Of a DNA stretch of 53,293 nucleotides, positions 19,101-27,900 are shown one piece after another. Numbering within the stretch: position 1 is the first letter of the stretch; each line of letters opens with the position of its first letter. The notes below the pieces were generated by a model, which saw nothing but the letters and a program-made list of their open reading frames with translations, did not search any database and had not been told where the DNA came from. The position numbers were made by a program, and so were the translations under genes. Location of the stretch: NCBI GenBank assembly GCA_029259895.1, contig JAJDEG010000122.1:1-53293 (forward strand). The letters run 5' to 3'. This DNA is from Planctomycetota bacterium (lineage in GTDB: Bacteria > Planctomycetota > Planctomycetia > Pirellulales > PLA5).

Positions 19101-19509
19101 CTGCCGTACGCTTAGCGTCACGAGCCGCTTTTTCGGTGAACAGTCGACGCCGGGTTTAGGTGGGTTTTGCTGGACGTCGATGGATGGACGAACGTCACAC
19201 GTTGCGAAGCTGATGCCGAATCGTTTCGGGTTGTTCGACGTGTTTGGCAACGTGCATGAGTGGACGTCGCAGTTCCATGGCGGCCCGCCGGTCGGCGTCT
19301 TTCCCAGCGAAGTTGTCGTGGAACATGCGGCCGCCGTGTTCTATTACGGGGGCGCCAACAACACTCTTGCCGCTGATTTCGCCTGTGATTTACGCTATCC
19401 GTTCGTGGCTCACAATTGGTTTCAAAACCTCGGCTTTCGCATCGCGAGAACCTTACCGCCGAATGCGCCGATGCGCAGTGCGCAGGAACCGGGCGTTTTC
19501 GATCGTTAA
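16189..19509 (+). CDS. Ser/Thr protein kinase, one TM helix, helical region, C-terminal FGE-sulfatase (SUMF1/C-type-lectin-fold) domain
   Basis: Kinase motifs are DVALKIPF, VIHRDVKPSNIML, VLDFGLARC and IRYMSPEQ. The TM helix is VAAAVLACVLAILAVSVAAW. FGE motifs are HGYRLPSAEEWQNACR, NRFGLFDVFGNVHEWTS and NLGFRIARTL. The start was chosen at MTSQLHNNG (16189). Confidence 0.85.
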   Translation: MTSQLHNNGLTDVSRNDRIDVICDQFEAAWQSGARPSFDDFLSQVDAAEQAELLSQLLPLEIEYRRTHGEAPTARDYVERFGPLRATVERVFGEGSTVVHKEMPTLVSAPSTPAASPRVGRFWLHEEIGRGAFGRVHRAYDEQLRRDVALKIPFQAIAPGQETEEFLREARNAAQLPSHSGIVPVFDAGVAAEGPFIASEFVEGRTLKDELESRHYKPREAAQLVAAVADALAHAHRSDVIHRDVKPSNIMLQPRTAPQGSTNEESTALTYVPRVLDFGLARCAQIDVGATQEGDLKGTIRYMSPEQAQGKANAVDARSDVYSLGVVLFELLSGDTPFSGSPTEILTQVARNDAPSVRARNRALDPDLAAVCDQCLRHDRRERYASAAALADDLRRWLGGEPTHARPLTFVQRTIRKCRHHRARVAAAVLACVLAILAVSVAAWQRGQIRNSDQATVREGIHAYFDAPPSVLATALGRVRDLPNARPEMERLLVSESLDEHERFRLQLALLDSEPRYASTLFEELLTAGVHEFLVLREELLPHAESFLERLREIVVAPESDVSPATWLRAACALTRFENYSASTISTELAEEMAMLLASQPKEEIEAWAEAALPAKLYLQAPLRARLSSETYGLASCYILVHFLHTQPDELAALLLETTAEQHQPVLAALQQHRRSAEETMAKSNSVPPDSAAYDLESESSVHRRAVATIALLQIGNRKAAWRQFVYGSDPRVPTQLIREAAPRGLSADVLMQRLPEESDSDALYVMILSLGHYPFDELSPGNRARLLPWLTRTYEAHPDSGIHAASAWLLRRWGCNLSATDAVLIKQGLREDRNWYLNSMGQLMVVIRAPHAMPIRPQASQNKQPLRSDESSWRIPNGFAIAATETTYEQFLQFRPSHADRQANLRDPDSPVTDVSFHDAAAYCAWLSERERVPPNEISVHQTSGDKVMTKISFQKHGYRLPSAEEWQNACRTLSVTSRFFGEQSTPGLGGFCWTSMDGRTSHVAKLMPNRFGLFDVFGNVHEWTSQFHGGPPVGVFPSEVVVEHAAAVFYYGGANNTLAADFACDLRYPFVAHNWFQNLGFRIARTLPPNAPMRSAQEPGVFDR

Positions 19510-19575
19510 ACGAATTCGTGTTGTATCGCGTTTTTACCTGGCGTTCGGAATCCCTTAACTACGAAAGCGAGAAGA

Positions 19576-20061
19576 ATGGCTAATACACCTCACCAAGCCG
19601 GCCATGCCACCGTCGACGATAGTGCGCCATGCTATTGTGAGTACCACCAGATTAACGGCACTTGGTACTGCCATCACGCCGATCCGCCATCTGGTTCTTA
19701 TTGCCGCAGTCAAGTTCATAAAAACGGCAACACCGCCACTTACACGTGCTTCGACCCGTTGCCAATACCAAGCAGCATGATGCCGCATGAACAGTGCGGC
19801 GAGTATTGTCGTTACGCATACGTGGGCGGCAACTACTACCTTGTGGAAGGCGCCTGCGGCTGTGGCAATCATTGTCCAACGGACCTAATGGCGCATCTAA
19901 AGAAGGCAGATCGAGCGTTGTATAAGTTCTTGAGCGACAAGCCGGCGATCCTTGGTGTCATCATTCATCCGACGTGTCCCGATCGCGCGCCGGTAAAGAA
20001 GGCAAAGACCAGAAAGAAAAGTAAACCGCGTCCGACACAAAGGAAGACGGCGAAGCGATGA
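19576..20061 (+). CDS. Cys/His-rich hypothetical protein with a Lys/Arg-rich C-terminal tail
   Basis: 161 aa with 11 Cys and many His in the first ~100 aa (CYCEYH, YCHH, GACGCGNHC). The tail is KKAKTRKKSKPRPTQRKTAKR. The segment has lower GC than its surroundings, and no family was recognised. Confidence 0.55.
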   Translation: MANTPHQAGHATVDDSAPCYCEYHQINGTWYCHHADPPSGSYCRSQVHKNGNTATYTCFDPLPIPSSMMPHEQCGEYCRYAYVGGNYYLVEGACGCGNHCPTDLMAHLKKADRALYKFLSDKPAILGVIIHPTCPDRAPVKKAKTRKKSKPRPTQRKTAKR

Positions 20062-20171
20062 TCCTCGTGTCATGCGCGGCATGTCACGTTTCGTATCGAG
20101 CAGTTCCCGTAGGCATGAGCCGTTGAAATGCCGAGAGCCACTTGGCGTCGGCACGCACGGCAAGCGACCCG

Positions 20172-21044
20172 CTAGGATTTGTGTTTCCTGCCCGTTGCTG
20201 TTTTCGCAGGAATGGCAGAAGGCGAGTGCTTTTCAATCCGGGACCACGATCTAATGCCAGCGAGATTGAGGTCTTGGCACTCCCGATACGTCGGAATCCA
20301 GACATCTTGCGTCAGACGATATTCCATGTGGGATGCCGCAACAAAATGCCAGATTCGCACGTCTGGCACGTTGGCCATGCACGGGTGGCAGTTAAAGTGG
20401 CCCCCCAGTATGCGATAAGGGTGACGAAGGAGCAATAGCTGGAAGGCGATCTCGTCAGGCAAGGGTGCATGGCGTCCCAGACGGGCTAACTCATCCCACT
20501 CGTCCAGGAATGGTGTTCCGGGCTGCACGGCAAACACGCCAGTATTGATGGCGGGCATGCGATTGTTCAGTAGGACACGAATCACGCGCTGAAGGCCGAA
20601 CTTCTTAGCGCCCTCGCCACGCAGTCGTCTCCAGCCACGCAAGCGAGACCGCACCGGCTCTTCTGTCGTCGAAGTGTTGCAGAATTGTGTCGCCGTGACC
20701 GGCGACGTTTCGGCGGACCAAATCAAATCCGCGATGCTGCCGACAACTATCGTATCGGCATCCAAAAACACGGTGGCGTCATACGGAGACGATTGGACGG
20801 CTCTGATCTTCGTCAAGTACGAGGAGACATACCCGCGTCCCCGCCGCTCGGTGAGCGGTAACGTCTCAACGCCCAGCCGCGAGTCTTTCGCCATCAGTCG
20901 ACCGATCGCGTGGGATTGTGGCCGCGTCGTGAAGATGGTTACCGGCCCAGTGTACCACTTCCGAAGCGTATACAGTGAAACCACCAATCGCGCAGCTAGC
21001 GGAGTATCAGTAAGCAAGTAGATGACGCCGACGGACATAGGCAA
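20172..21044 (-). CDS. GT8-like nucleotide-diphospho-sugar glycosyltransferase
   Basis: DxD motif VFLDADTIVVG, PAINTGVFAV, and a GT-A-like N-terminus (GVIYLLTD...). Confidence 0.65.
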   Translation of the reverse strand: MPMSVGVIYLLTDTPLAARLVVSLYTLRKWYTGPVTIFTTRPQSHAIGRLMAKDSRLGVETLPLTERRGRGYVSSYLTKIRAVQSSPYDATVFLDADTIVVGSIADLIWSAETSPVTATQFCNTSTTEEPVRSRLRGWRRLRGEGAKKFGLQRVIRVLLNNRMPAINTGVFAVQPGTPFLDEWDELARLGRHAPLPDEIAFQLLLLRHPYRILGGHFNCHPCMANVPDVRIWHFVAASHMEYRLTQDVWIPTYRECQDLNLAGIRSWSRIEKHSPSAIPAKTATGRKHKS

Positions 21045-21152
21045 GGCTCGAAGCGTGACGTGTTTTTAGTTACAGCTGAGCTGGATAGGCCATCGAGGAC
21101 GGTGAACCGAAACCGGTCGCAATGCCTGTTCGACTTACACGACCCTGCCGCG

Positions 21153-21470
21153 TCACTGCGGCATCTCGATGATTTGGCGGAAGTCGCGGTAGTGGCCGCC
21201 GGCGATGTCGACTTCGCCTCAGGCGCCCAGGACGATGCGTAGCTTGCCTCTTCCGCCCGGGGCGGGTCGGACCACGTCGCATTCGTGATAGTAGTTGTTT
21301 GGTTTGGCCGGCAGGTCGCCGTCGCGGTTCTCGAACTCTCTTCCACCGCGCACACCGTGGGGCAACTGACCGCCGCGGCGGATGTCCCGCACCAGTTCGT
21401 CGAGCCCGGCTAGCCGCGGATCGTTGAACGGGTTGTTGCGTCCCCAGATGATACGGTCGCGAATGGGCAT
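21153..21470 (-). pseudogene. RNase Sa/barnase (microbial guanyl-specific N1/T1) family ribonuclease with an in-frame TGA
   Basis: Translation is MPIRD...GGQLPHGVRGGREFENRDGDLPAKPNNYYHECDVVRPAPGGRGKLRIVLGA*GEVDIAGGHYRDFRQIIEMPQ*. It aligns by eye with RNase Sa (FQNRESVLP..YYHEYTV.TPG..TRGTRRIICGE......TGDHYATFSLI). The TGA (complement of 21219-21221) separates the Glu/Arg-bearing part from the GGHY segment that matches the catalytic His. Confidence 0.75.
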
Positions 21471-21489
21471 GTCACGGCCTCTGTACGGT

Positions 21490-21747
21490 TCAGGATATCG
21501 CAGTGCTGCCGTCGCGGTCGTGGGTGGAGTGGCCGCGGGCGATTTCGCGCTCCAGTTGGGCGAGCGTTGTGATGCCGCGTGTCGCGCCGTCCTTGCGTAG
21601 TTCGCGGAAAAAGTGCGTGCCCGTCCCTTCCTTCCAACCGCGACTCGCAATCGCGTTCATGAATTCTGGACCGGTGACGCTCGACAATAGGCGATTCGCG
21701 ATCAGGCCGACGGATTTGATCTCGCTGAGGTTGGACGGCATTGGCAT
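21490..21747 (-). CDS. hypothetical protein (85 aa) immediately upstream of the RNase gene
   Basis: ATG start with high third-position GC. It ends 19 nt before the RNase ATG, which has an AGAGG-like RBS. No family was recognised. It may be the 3' part of a frameshifted gene (see 21748..21937). Confidence 0.5.
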   Translation of the reverse strand: MPMPSNLSEIKSVGLIANRLLSSVTGPEFMNAIASRGWKEGTGTHFFRELRKDGATRGITTLAQLEREIARGHSTHDRDGSTAIS

Positions 21748-21937
21748 TCTCCCGCGACCACAACGCTAATACCAGACGCCCGCCCATCGCGTTGAACACG
21801 TAGAGCGTGCCGCCGCTGTCGGCTTCCATGGCGTCCATCAGGCGATGGAAGTCCGCCGAGGTGGACGGCACGCTGTGCCCATTGCCGCTGAATGGTGGGG
21901 CAACAGGCGAATCGGGAACGTGTTTGCCGCCGCGCAC
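21748..21937 (-). pseudogene. coding-like segment with no stop of its own; probably the 5' part of a frameshifted gene continuing in 21490..21747
   Basis: The frame reads (V)RGGKHVPDSPVAPPFSGNGHSVPSTSADFHRLMDAMEADSGGTLYVFNAMGGRLV with GC-rich third positions. Beyond about 21750 this frame becomes Arg-rich noise, while the adjacent frame becomes coding-like. It shares the frame of the giant gene upstream, separated by one TGA and 9 codons. Confidence 0.35.
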
Positions 21938-21964
21938 GTGCCCAGTCCCAGGATGAAACTTGAT

Positions 21965-24900
21965 TCACGCCTTCACACGTTGCGCCCATCCGCGGAAACG
22001 GCGTGTGCGAAGTTCTTCACTCCTACCGCTGGGCGAGCCAACCTGCGGCGATAGCCAGCCGGTCGACATGCCAGCCAAGACCATCGCCGCCGCCGAGTGA
22101 TCTTGAGCTGTCGGTAACTCCCACTCGCCTGTCGGAACGGACAGCGGCTCTTCCTCCTTTCGCTCACTCGATGTTCCGCCCGGCGCTCGCCGTGAATCGT
22201 CCAACAGCAGCTTGGACTCCTGCGGAAATCCAGCGGATTCCACTTTTCTGCTGGCCTCCGTGGGTGCGGTGTCTTGCCGGCGCGCGTCTTCCCTGTCATT
22301 CGATTCCTGTCCGACCGGTGTGACGCTTTTGCGACCAACGACGTCACTGTCTTCATCGCTGGGCTCGTTCTCCAAGTACCAGAAGAAAAAATCGTGCCCG
22401 GCCACCCGATCTGCGTCGATCAACTCTTCCTGCTCATGAACGGCGGGATCTTGCATCTCAGCCAATTGGGAATCGGCAATACCGGCGATCGCCTCTTCGT
22501 CCTCGTATTCGTCGTCCTCCGGCATGAGTTCCTCCGCCCATTCGTCCGGCAGTCGTTGGTTGGTGACCTCGTTTTCGTCGCCAGCACTGCCCCCCGATTC
22601 CTCGTCGAGCGTGTCGCCATCGTCTCCCTCAAGAATCAGCAGTCCCAGCGTGCCAAGGTCCGCGCCCGAGAACAGGCTGACGATAAACGGCAAGAACGTG
22701 TCGCCGAAGCTGCTAAAGTCCGTGTGAGCTTCGCCCGCCGTTCGGATAACGTCGAATCCATTGTCCGGTACTGCGGAGAACAGCAACACCGCCGCCTCAT
22801 GCCCGTCGCCGACGCCAAAGACAGACACGCGACCACGATCATCCCACACGGCCAAGTCCGTGGGGTGCGACAATCCCGCGAAGTGCTGCGATCGGAGCAG
22901 CGTGAATCCGTCGCCGTCGGCGGCAAAGAACGAAAACAGTCCGTCAAGCTCGTGAGCTACCAAGAGGTCCAAACGGCTGTCGAAGTTGAAGTCACCCACG
23001 ACTGCCGACACGGGGCGCAGCCCGAACGTCGAGATCGTCGACGATACAAGCGGATTCATGCCGGGGAAGAACGTCAGGCTATTCGAGTCGCGGTTCACCG
23101 CCGTCAACGTATTTCCAGAAACAAAACTCTGGACAGGACTAGAGCCAACCGGGAACACATTCACGGAACTGCTGCGGTCGTCGAAAAAACCTCCGCCGCG
23201 GCCCGGCAGCACGAAGACGGTATTCTCTCGTTGGTTTGTCACGACGATGTCCGGCACGCCATCGGCGGTCGCGTCGGCAACGGCCGTATGCACGGGCCCT
23301 TGCCCGGCAGCAAGCCGTGGCCCCAATCCGAACGTCCACGACTCGGCCCGCCCCTTGCCGAGCAGTACGCCGACGTCGTTCGATCCTGAGTTGGCTGCGA
23401 CGACGTCGGGGATCCCATCGCTGTTGACGTCAGCCACGGTCACATGCGCCGGATTGCCTCCCACGGGAAAACTACGCCCCGCGGCGAACTTGCCGGGCGC
23501 GATTCCCAAATACACGACGATCGCGTTCGCACCCTCATTCGGCGCCGCCAGATCGGTGACACCATCGCGATTGAAATCAGCGATCACAACCTCGCCCGGG
23601 GCGTCGAGGCCATCGGACGCGCTCTGCATGAACGCCCCCGTCGACGAAAGTTTGACTTGAATCGTGTCCTGTGATTCGTTGGTGAACACTTGGTCTAGAA
23701 TTCCATCGCCATCGACATCGGCAACCGTCAGCAAAATGCTCGTCGACGATCGCCGGAATGCACTAAACGCACCGTGGCCGTCTCCGAGCAGCGTCAGCAC
23801 GTCGCCAAAGCGGTTCGCGACGACCAGGTCGAGAATGTTGTCGCCGCTTACGTCGACAAGGCTCAAGCCCGTCGGGGCGTTTCCGACAGTAAACCGGATT
23901 TCGTTCCCGTCCTCGTTCGTTGCGGGCGTGAATCCGCCCAGACCGTCGCCCAACAGCACGGCGGCCTCGCCCTCATTGGCGTACAGCACAACCAGATCCG
24001 CATTTTCGTCACCGTCAACGTCGCCAATAGCCACCGCGCTTGGGGAACCCGTCAATGCGATCGGCCGTGTCCCGGCGAGCGAGCGATTCCCCTTGCCCAG
24101 AATCACGGCGGCCGAGTTCGTGCCCTTGTTGATCGCCACCAGATCCACTGCGCCATTCGCGTCAACGTCCCCGCCAACGACGGTGGCCGTTTCGTGAACG
24201 CTCTCCACGGCAGATCCCGTCAGACCGTACGGCCAGTGCGTCTGGTCGCCCGCCCGGACAGCGAACTCGGGCGTCGTCGTAAACGAGCCGTCACCGTTGC
24301 CCACGAATACCAGAATCATGCCGGAAGACCGATTCGTTACAACCAGGTCGACAGCACTGTCGCCCTCGGCAACGCTCATCAACGCGACGTCCGCGACGCC
24401 GGCTCCGACGGCCAACGGGTCATCAAATTGATCGAACCCGCCGCCGGCATTCTGAATCAGCGAGTGCACGGTCGCTGTAAACGCGCTGAAGACAACTAGG
24501 TCGGAACGCACGTCGCCGTTCGAATTTCCTGCGGCGATCCGCGCCGCGCCCGACCCGACGTTGACCGTAGATCGATCGAACCGCCCGTCGCTCCGCAATC
24601 GGTACAGTGAGACGACGCCGGCGGAGGCGGCCGGCCGACTCGTGTCGTCCTGTATATCGGTCGCCGCGATCAGCCACGCACCGCCGGCCTCGACCACCAC
24701 GACATCGCGAGCTGGAATCTTGTCGCCCTGTTCGTCGACGTTGACAATCTGCGGCGGCGAGTAACGCAGGCTATTGTCGTCGCCGGTCGACGTGACTTCC
24801 CGATAGCGAACGAGTATCTCACCGCGGCTGGTCAACGTGACCACGTCGTCCCGACCATCGGCGTTGAGGTCGACGAAAATCGGATCGACGACCGCGCCGT

Positions 24901-27900
24901 CGACCCCGCCGCTAGCGGATTTCGCGCCGTCGCCAGCGCCGAGGTCGATCGTCAGATCGTTGTCGATATCGCGGATGGTCACGACGTCCTCGTAACCGTC
25001 GCGGTTGATGTCCGCAACGACCGCCGCCGGCGGCGCCGCCGTGCGACCGATCCGCGCTTCCGCCTTAAACCCGCCGGCCGCGTTGTGCTTCAGAATCGAC
25101 AAGTCATACGAACCGCGATTGCCGACAACGAGATCGAGTCCGGCATCGTCGCCGGCGGTAAAGTTCGCCGCCGCGAGCGTGCCGGGAAAAACTCCAACGC
25201 CGAGATGCTCGACCTTCGGAGCCAGCGCGTCGTTCTCGAAAGTCTCGCGGAGGTTGTCGCCGTAGATCACCGTCACTTCGCCGAGAAACTTGTCGACGAC
25301 CGCGATGTCCAGGCGGCCATCCGCGTCGACGTCGGCGACGATCGCCTGGCGAATGTCGAGGTCCGCCGAACCACCGAGGTTCTTCGGCCGTCGGAAATCG
25401 TGGAAAGTATTCGTGAATTGGCCTCCGTCGTTCCACAGAATCCATACGCGATCGGCCGACATGTCGGGAACGACGATGTCGTCGAATCCGTTGCCGTCCA
25501 AATCGGCGGCCGCGATGAATTCGGCCGATGCCTTTTCGTCGCCGTCGTCCGACATTTCGACCCGTTTTCCCGGCCTGAACGAACCGTCGCCATTGCCGAA
25601 GACGATATGGATCGCTCCGTCCTCACTGCGGTCGAAGCTGGCGACGTCGGGAATCTCGTCGTGATCGAAACGTCCCACGGCAATGCCGGCATAGAGAAGC
25701 GGAGCCGTCGCCTCGTCGGCGACAACGAGCGGTGTTTCCTTCGCGACGAACTGGCGGTCGCTTTCCCGCAGAAAGACCGACAGTTTCTTCTCGTCGTTGT
25801 TGCCGACAAGAATGTCGCGTCGGCCGTCGCCGTCGAGGTCCCACAACACGATCCGCTCCGGTCCATCCAGCGTATCGTGTACCTTGCCGTCTTCGAATCG
25901 GCCGTCGCCGCGGCCGTAGTGAATAACAATTTGGTTTTCGCCGTCGTGCGCCGTGACGAGATCGACGTGCTCGTCCTCGTCCAGGTAGTCCGCCACGATG
26001 TACTCGGGATCCTCCAGCGTTTGGAATTGCAGCGGCGGCTGAAACGTACCGTCGCCGTAACCCAGCAGGATGAAGTACGCGTGCGTCCGATCGTCCACCA
26101 TGGCGACGTCCTGGTGACCGTCGTCGTTGAAGTCGGCCGTCGTCACCGACCTCGGCAAGAACGTCGTTGGCGACGTATCGCCGTCCAGCCGTGGCTCGGC
26201 GCTGCTGCCCCACTCCCAGCCGGGCAGGTTCCTCGCGTCGAATGTTCGTTCGTCGGGAAGCGAAGCTGCCACTTCCGTACTGATCAATTCGCGACCGGAC
26301 GGCGTGAACGTCAACACCGTAAGGTCGTGCGTTAACCGATTCACGGTGGCCAGATAGCGCGACTCGCCAGTCTTTCCCGCCAGCAGCAGTTCCGGCGACA
26401 TGCCACCGGCAAGCCCGTGATCCTGGCGATCGAAGCTCAACTCGCCTGATTGTGCGCCGTACAGCACGCTAACGCTGTCGCCCTTGCGATTGGCCGTGGC
26501 GATATCGACAAAACCATCGTCGTCGAAATCGTCGGCGACGATCGCCCACGGCGAATCTCCCACCGGAACCGTGGCGGCGTGCAAAACGAACCGTCCATTG
26601 CCCAAGCCCAGCAACACCGACACATCGTCCGTCTGTTGGTTGGCGGTGACGAGGTCGACGCGGCCGTCGTCGTTCACGTCGGCGGCGACGAGCGCCCGCG
26701 GCGAAAGCGCGTCGTCGAGCGCGTACAACGTTTGCGTACCGAACGTGCCGTCGCCGCGCCCCAGCAGCACCGACACGTCGTGCGACCCGACATTGGCGAC
26801 GGCCACGTCGGCGAAACCGTCGTAGTTGAAGTCGGCCCAAGCGATCGCCTCGGGATTGTCGCCGACCGTCGGCTGCTCTTCGATAAGAAACGTTCCGTCG
26901 CCGCGGCCGAACAAAAAAGTCAACTCGCCCCCGTCCAGCTTGACGGCGATATCTTCGTTGCCGTCGTTGTTGAAATCGCCGACGGCCAAATCGGTTGGCC
27001 GGAACCCCGTCGGATAGACGCGCCGCGGATGAAACGAACCGGTCGCTTTGCGGTCCGGCCCCTTTAAGCCGATTAACACCGACATGTCGTGCGTGTCTTC
27101 GTTGGTAACCGCCAGGTCGGGCACGCCATCGCCGTTGAAGTCACCCAGGCGAACGACTTCGGAATCGACGCCGACGTCGAACTCGGGGCGATTGGTTTCT
27201 TTGTCGAACGTGCCGTCACCGTTGCCGAACCGCAGCGAAACCGTATCGCTCTTGTCGTTAACGGCTGCAAGATCGACGTTTCCGTCGGCATTAAAGTCCG
27301 CAACAACGATTAACTGAGTGCCGATCTTCTTCGCGTCGACCGGGCCCATCGGAACGCGATCTTTGAGCAAGAACGACAGCTTGCCGGTTTGCCCATCGCT
27401 GTCCATTTGGTTGAGCCATACGAGCGCCGCGCCCCCGTCCTTAAACGTTACCACGACGTCGAGTCGACCGTCGCCGTCGAAATCGCCGATGGAAGCCCCT
27501 TCGCTTTCCGATAGGCCTTTTTTTTCTTCGTCTGTCGCGGCCAACGTAGCCGTGCTCCAGTCCTCAAACGCTTTTTCGTGATCGCCGTAGACGATTTTGT
27601 TTGTACCACGCGTTGGGACTACGAGGTCGTCGTTGCCGTCGCCGTCCAAATCGGCGACGGCGATTGCGCCAATGCGGCCGTCGAGTGGGATGGAACCTGT
27701 CGCCAATGCCCATTCCCCCTCACCAAGATTTCGGACAAAGTTCAGCTTTTCATCGGTTGCGAGCGCAATGACGAGGTCCAAGTCGCCGTCGCCGTCGAAA
27801 TCGCCCGCGACGATGGTCCGCGAGGCGCTTGCTTGAATGTTGCCAACGATTGGATCCGGGCTGCGAAACGTGCCGTCGCCCACGCCGTAGAACACCCGCA

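Noticed and set aside
19250-19509. A possible diversity-generating-retroelement variable region in the C-terminal FGE/C-type-lectin fold of the kinase, suggested by atypical residues at usually conserved positions.
   Set aside because: No reverse-transcriptase ORF and no template-repeat copy of this segment were noticed anywhere in the window. A proper self-alignment of 19250-19509 against the contig would be needed to exclude it fully.
21219-21221. The TGA in the RNase gene as selenocysteine or a reassigned codon.
   Set aside because: Neighbouring genes terminate on TGA (for example the giant ORF and the sigma at 16190-16192). No SECIS-like hairpin was evident just downstream. The aligned RNase Sa position is not a Cys or Sec site.
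21410-21937. The 175-aa ORF taken as one real gene overlapping both downstream genes.
   Set aside because: Only its first ~60 codons look coding. The rest is Arg-rich off-frame translation of ORF 21490..21747 and of the RNase gene.
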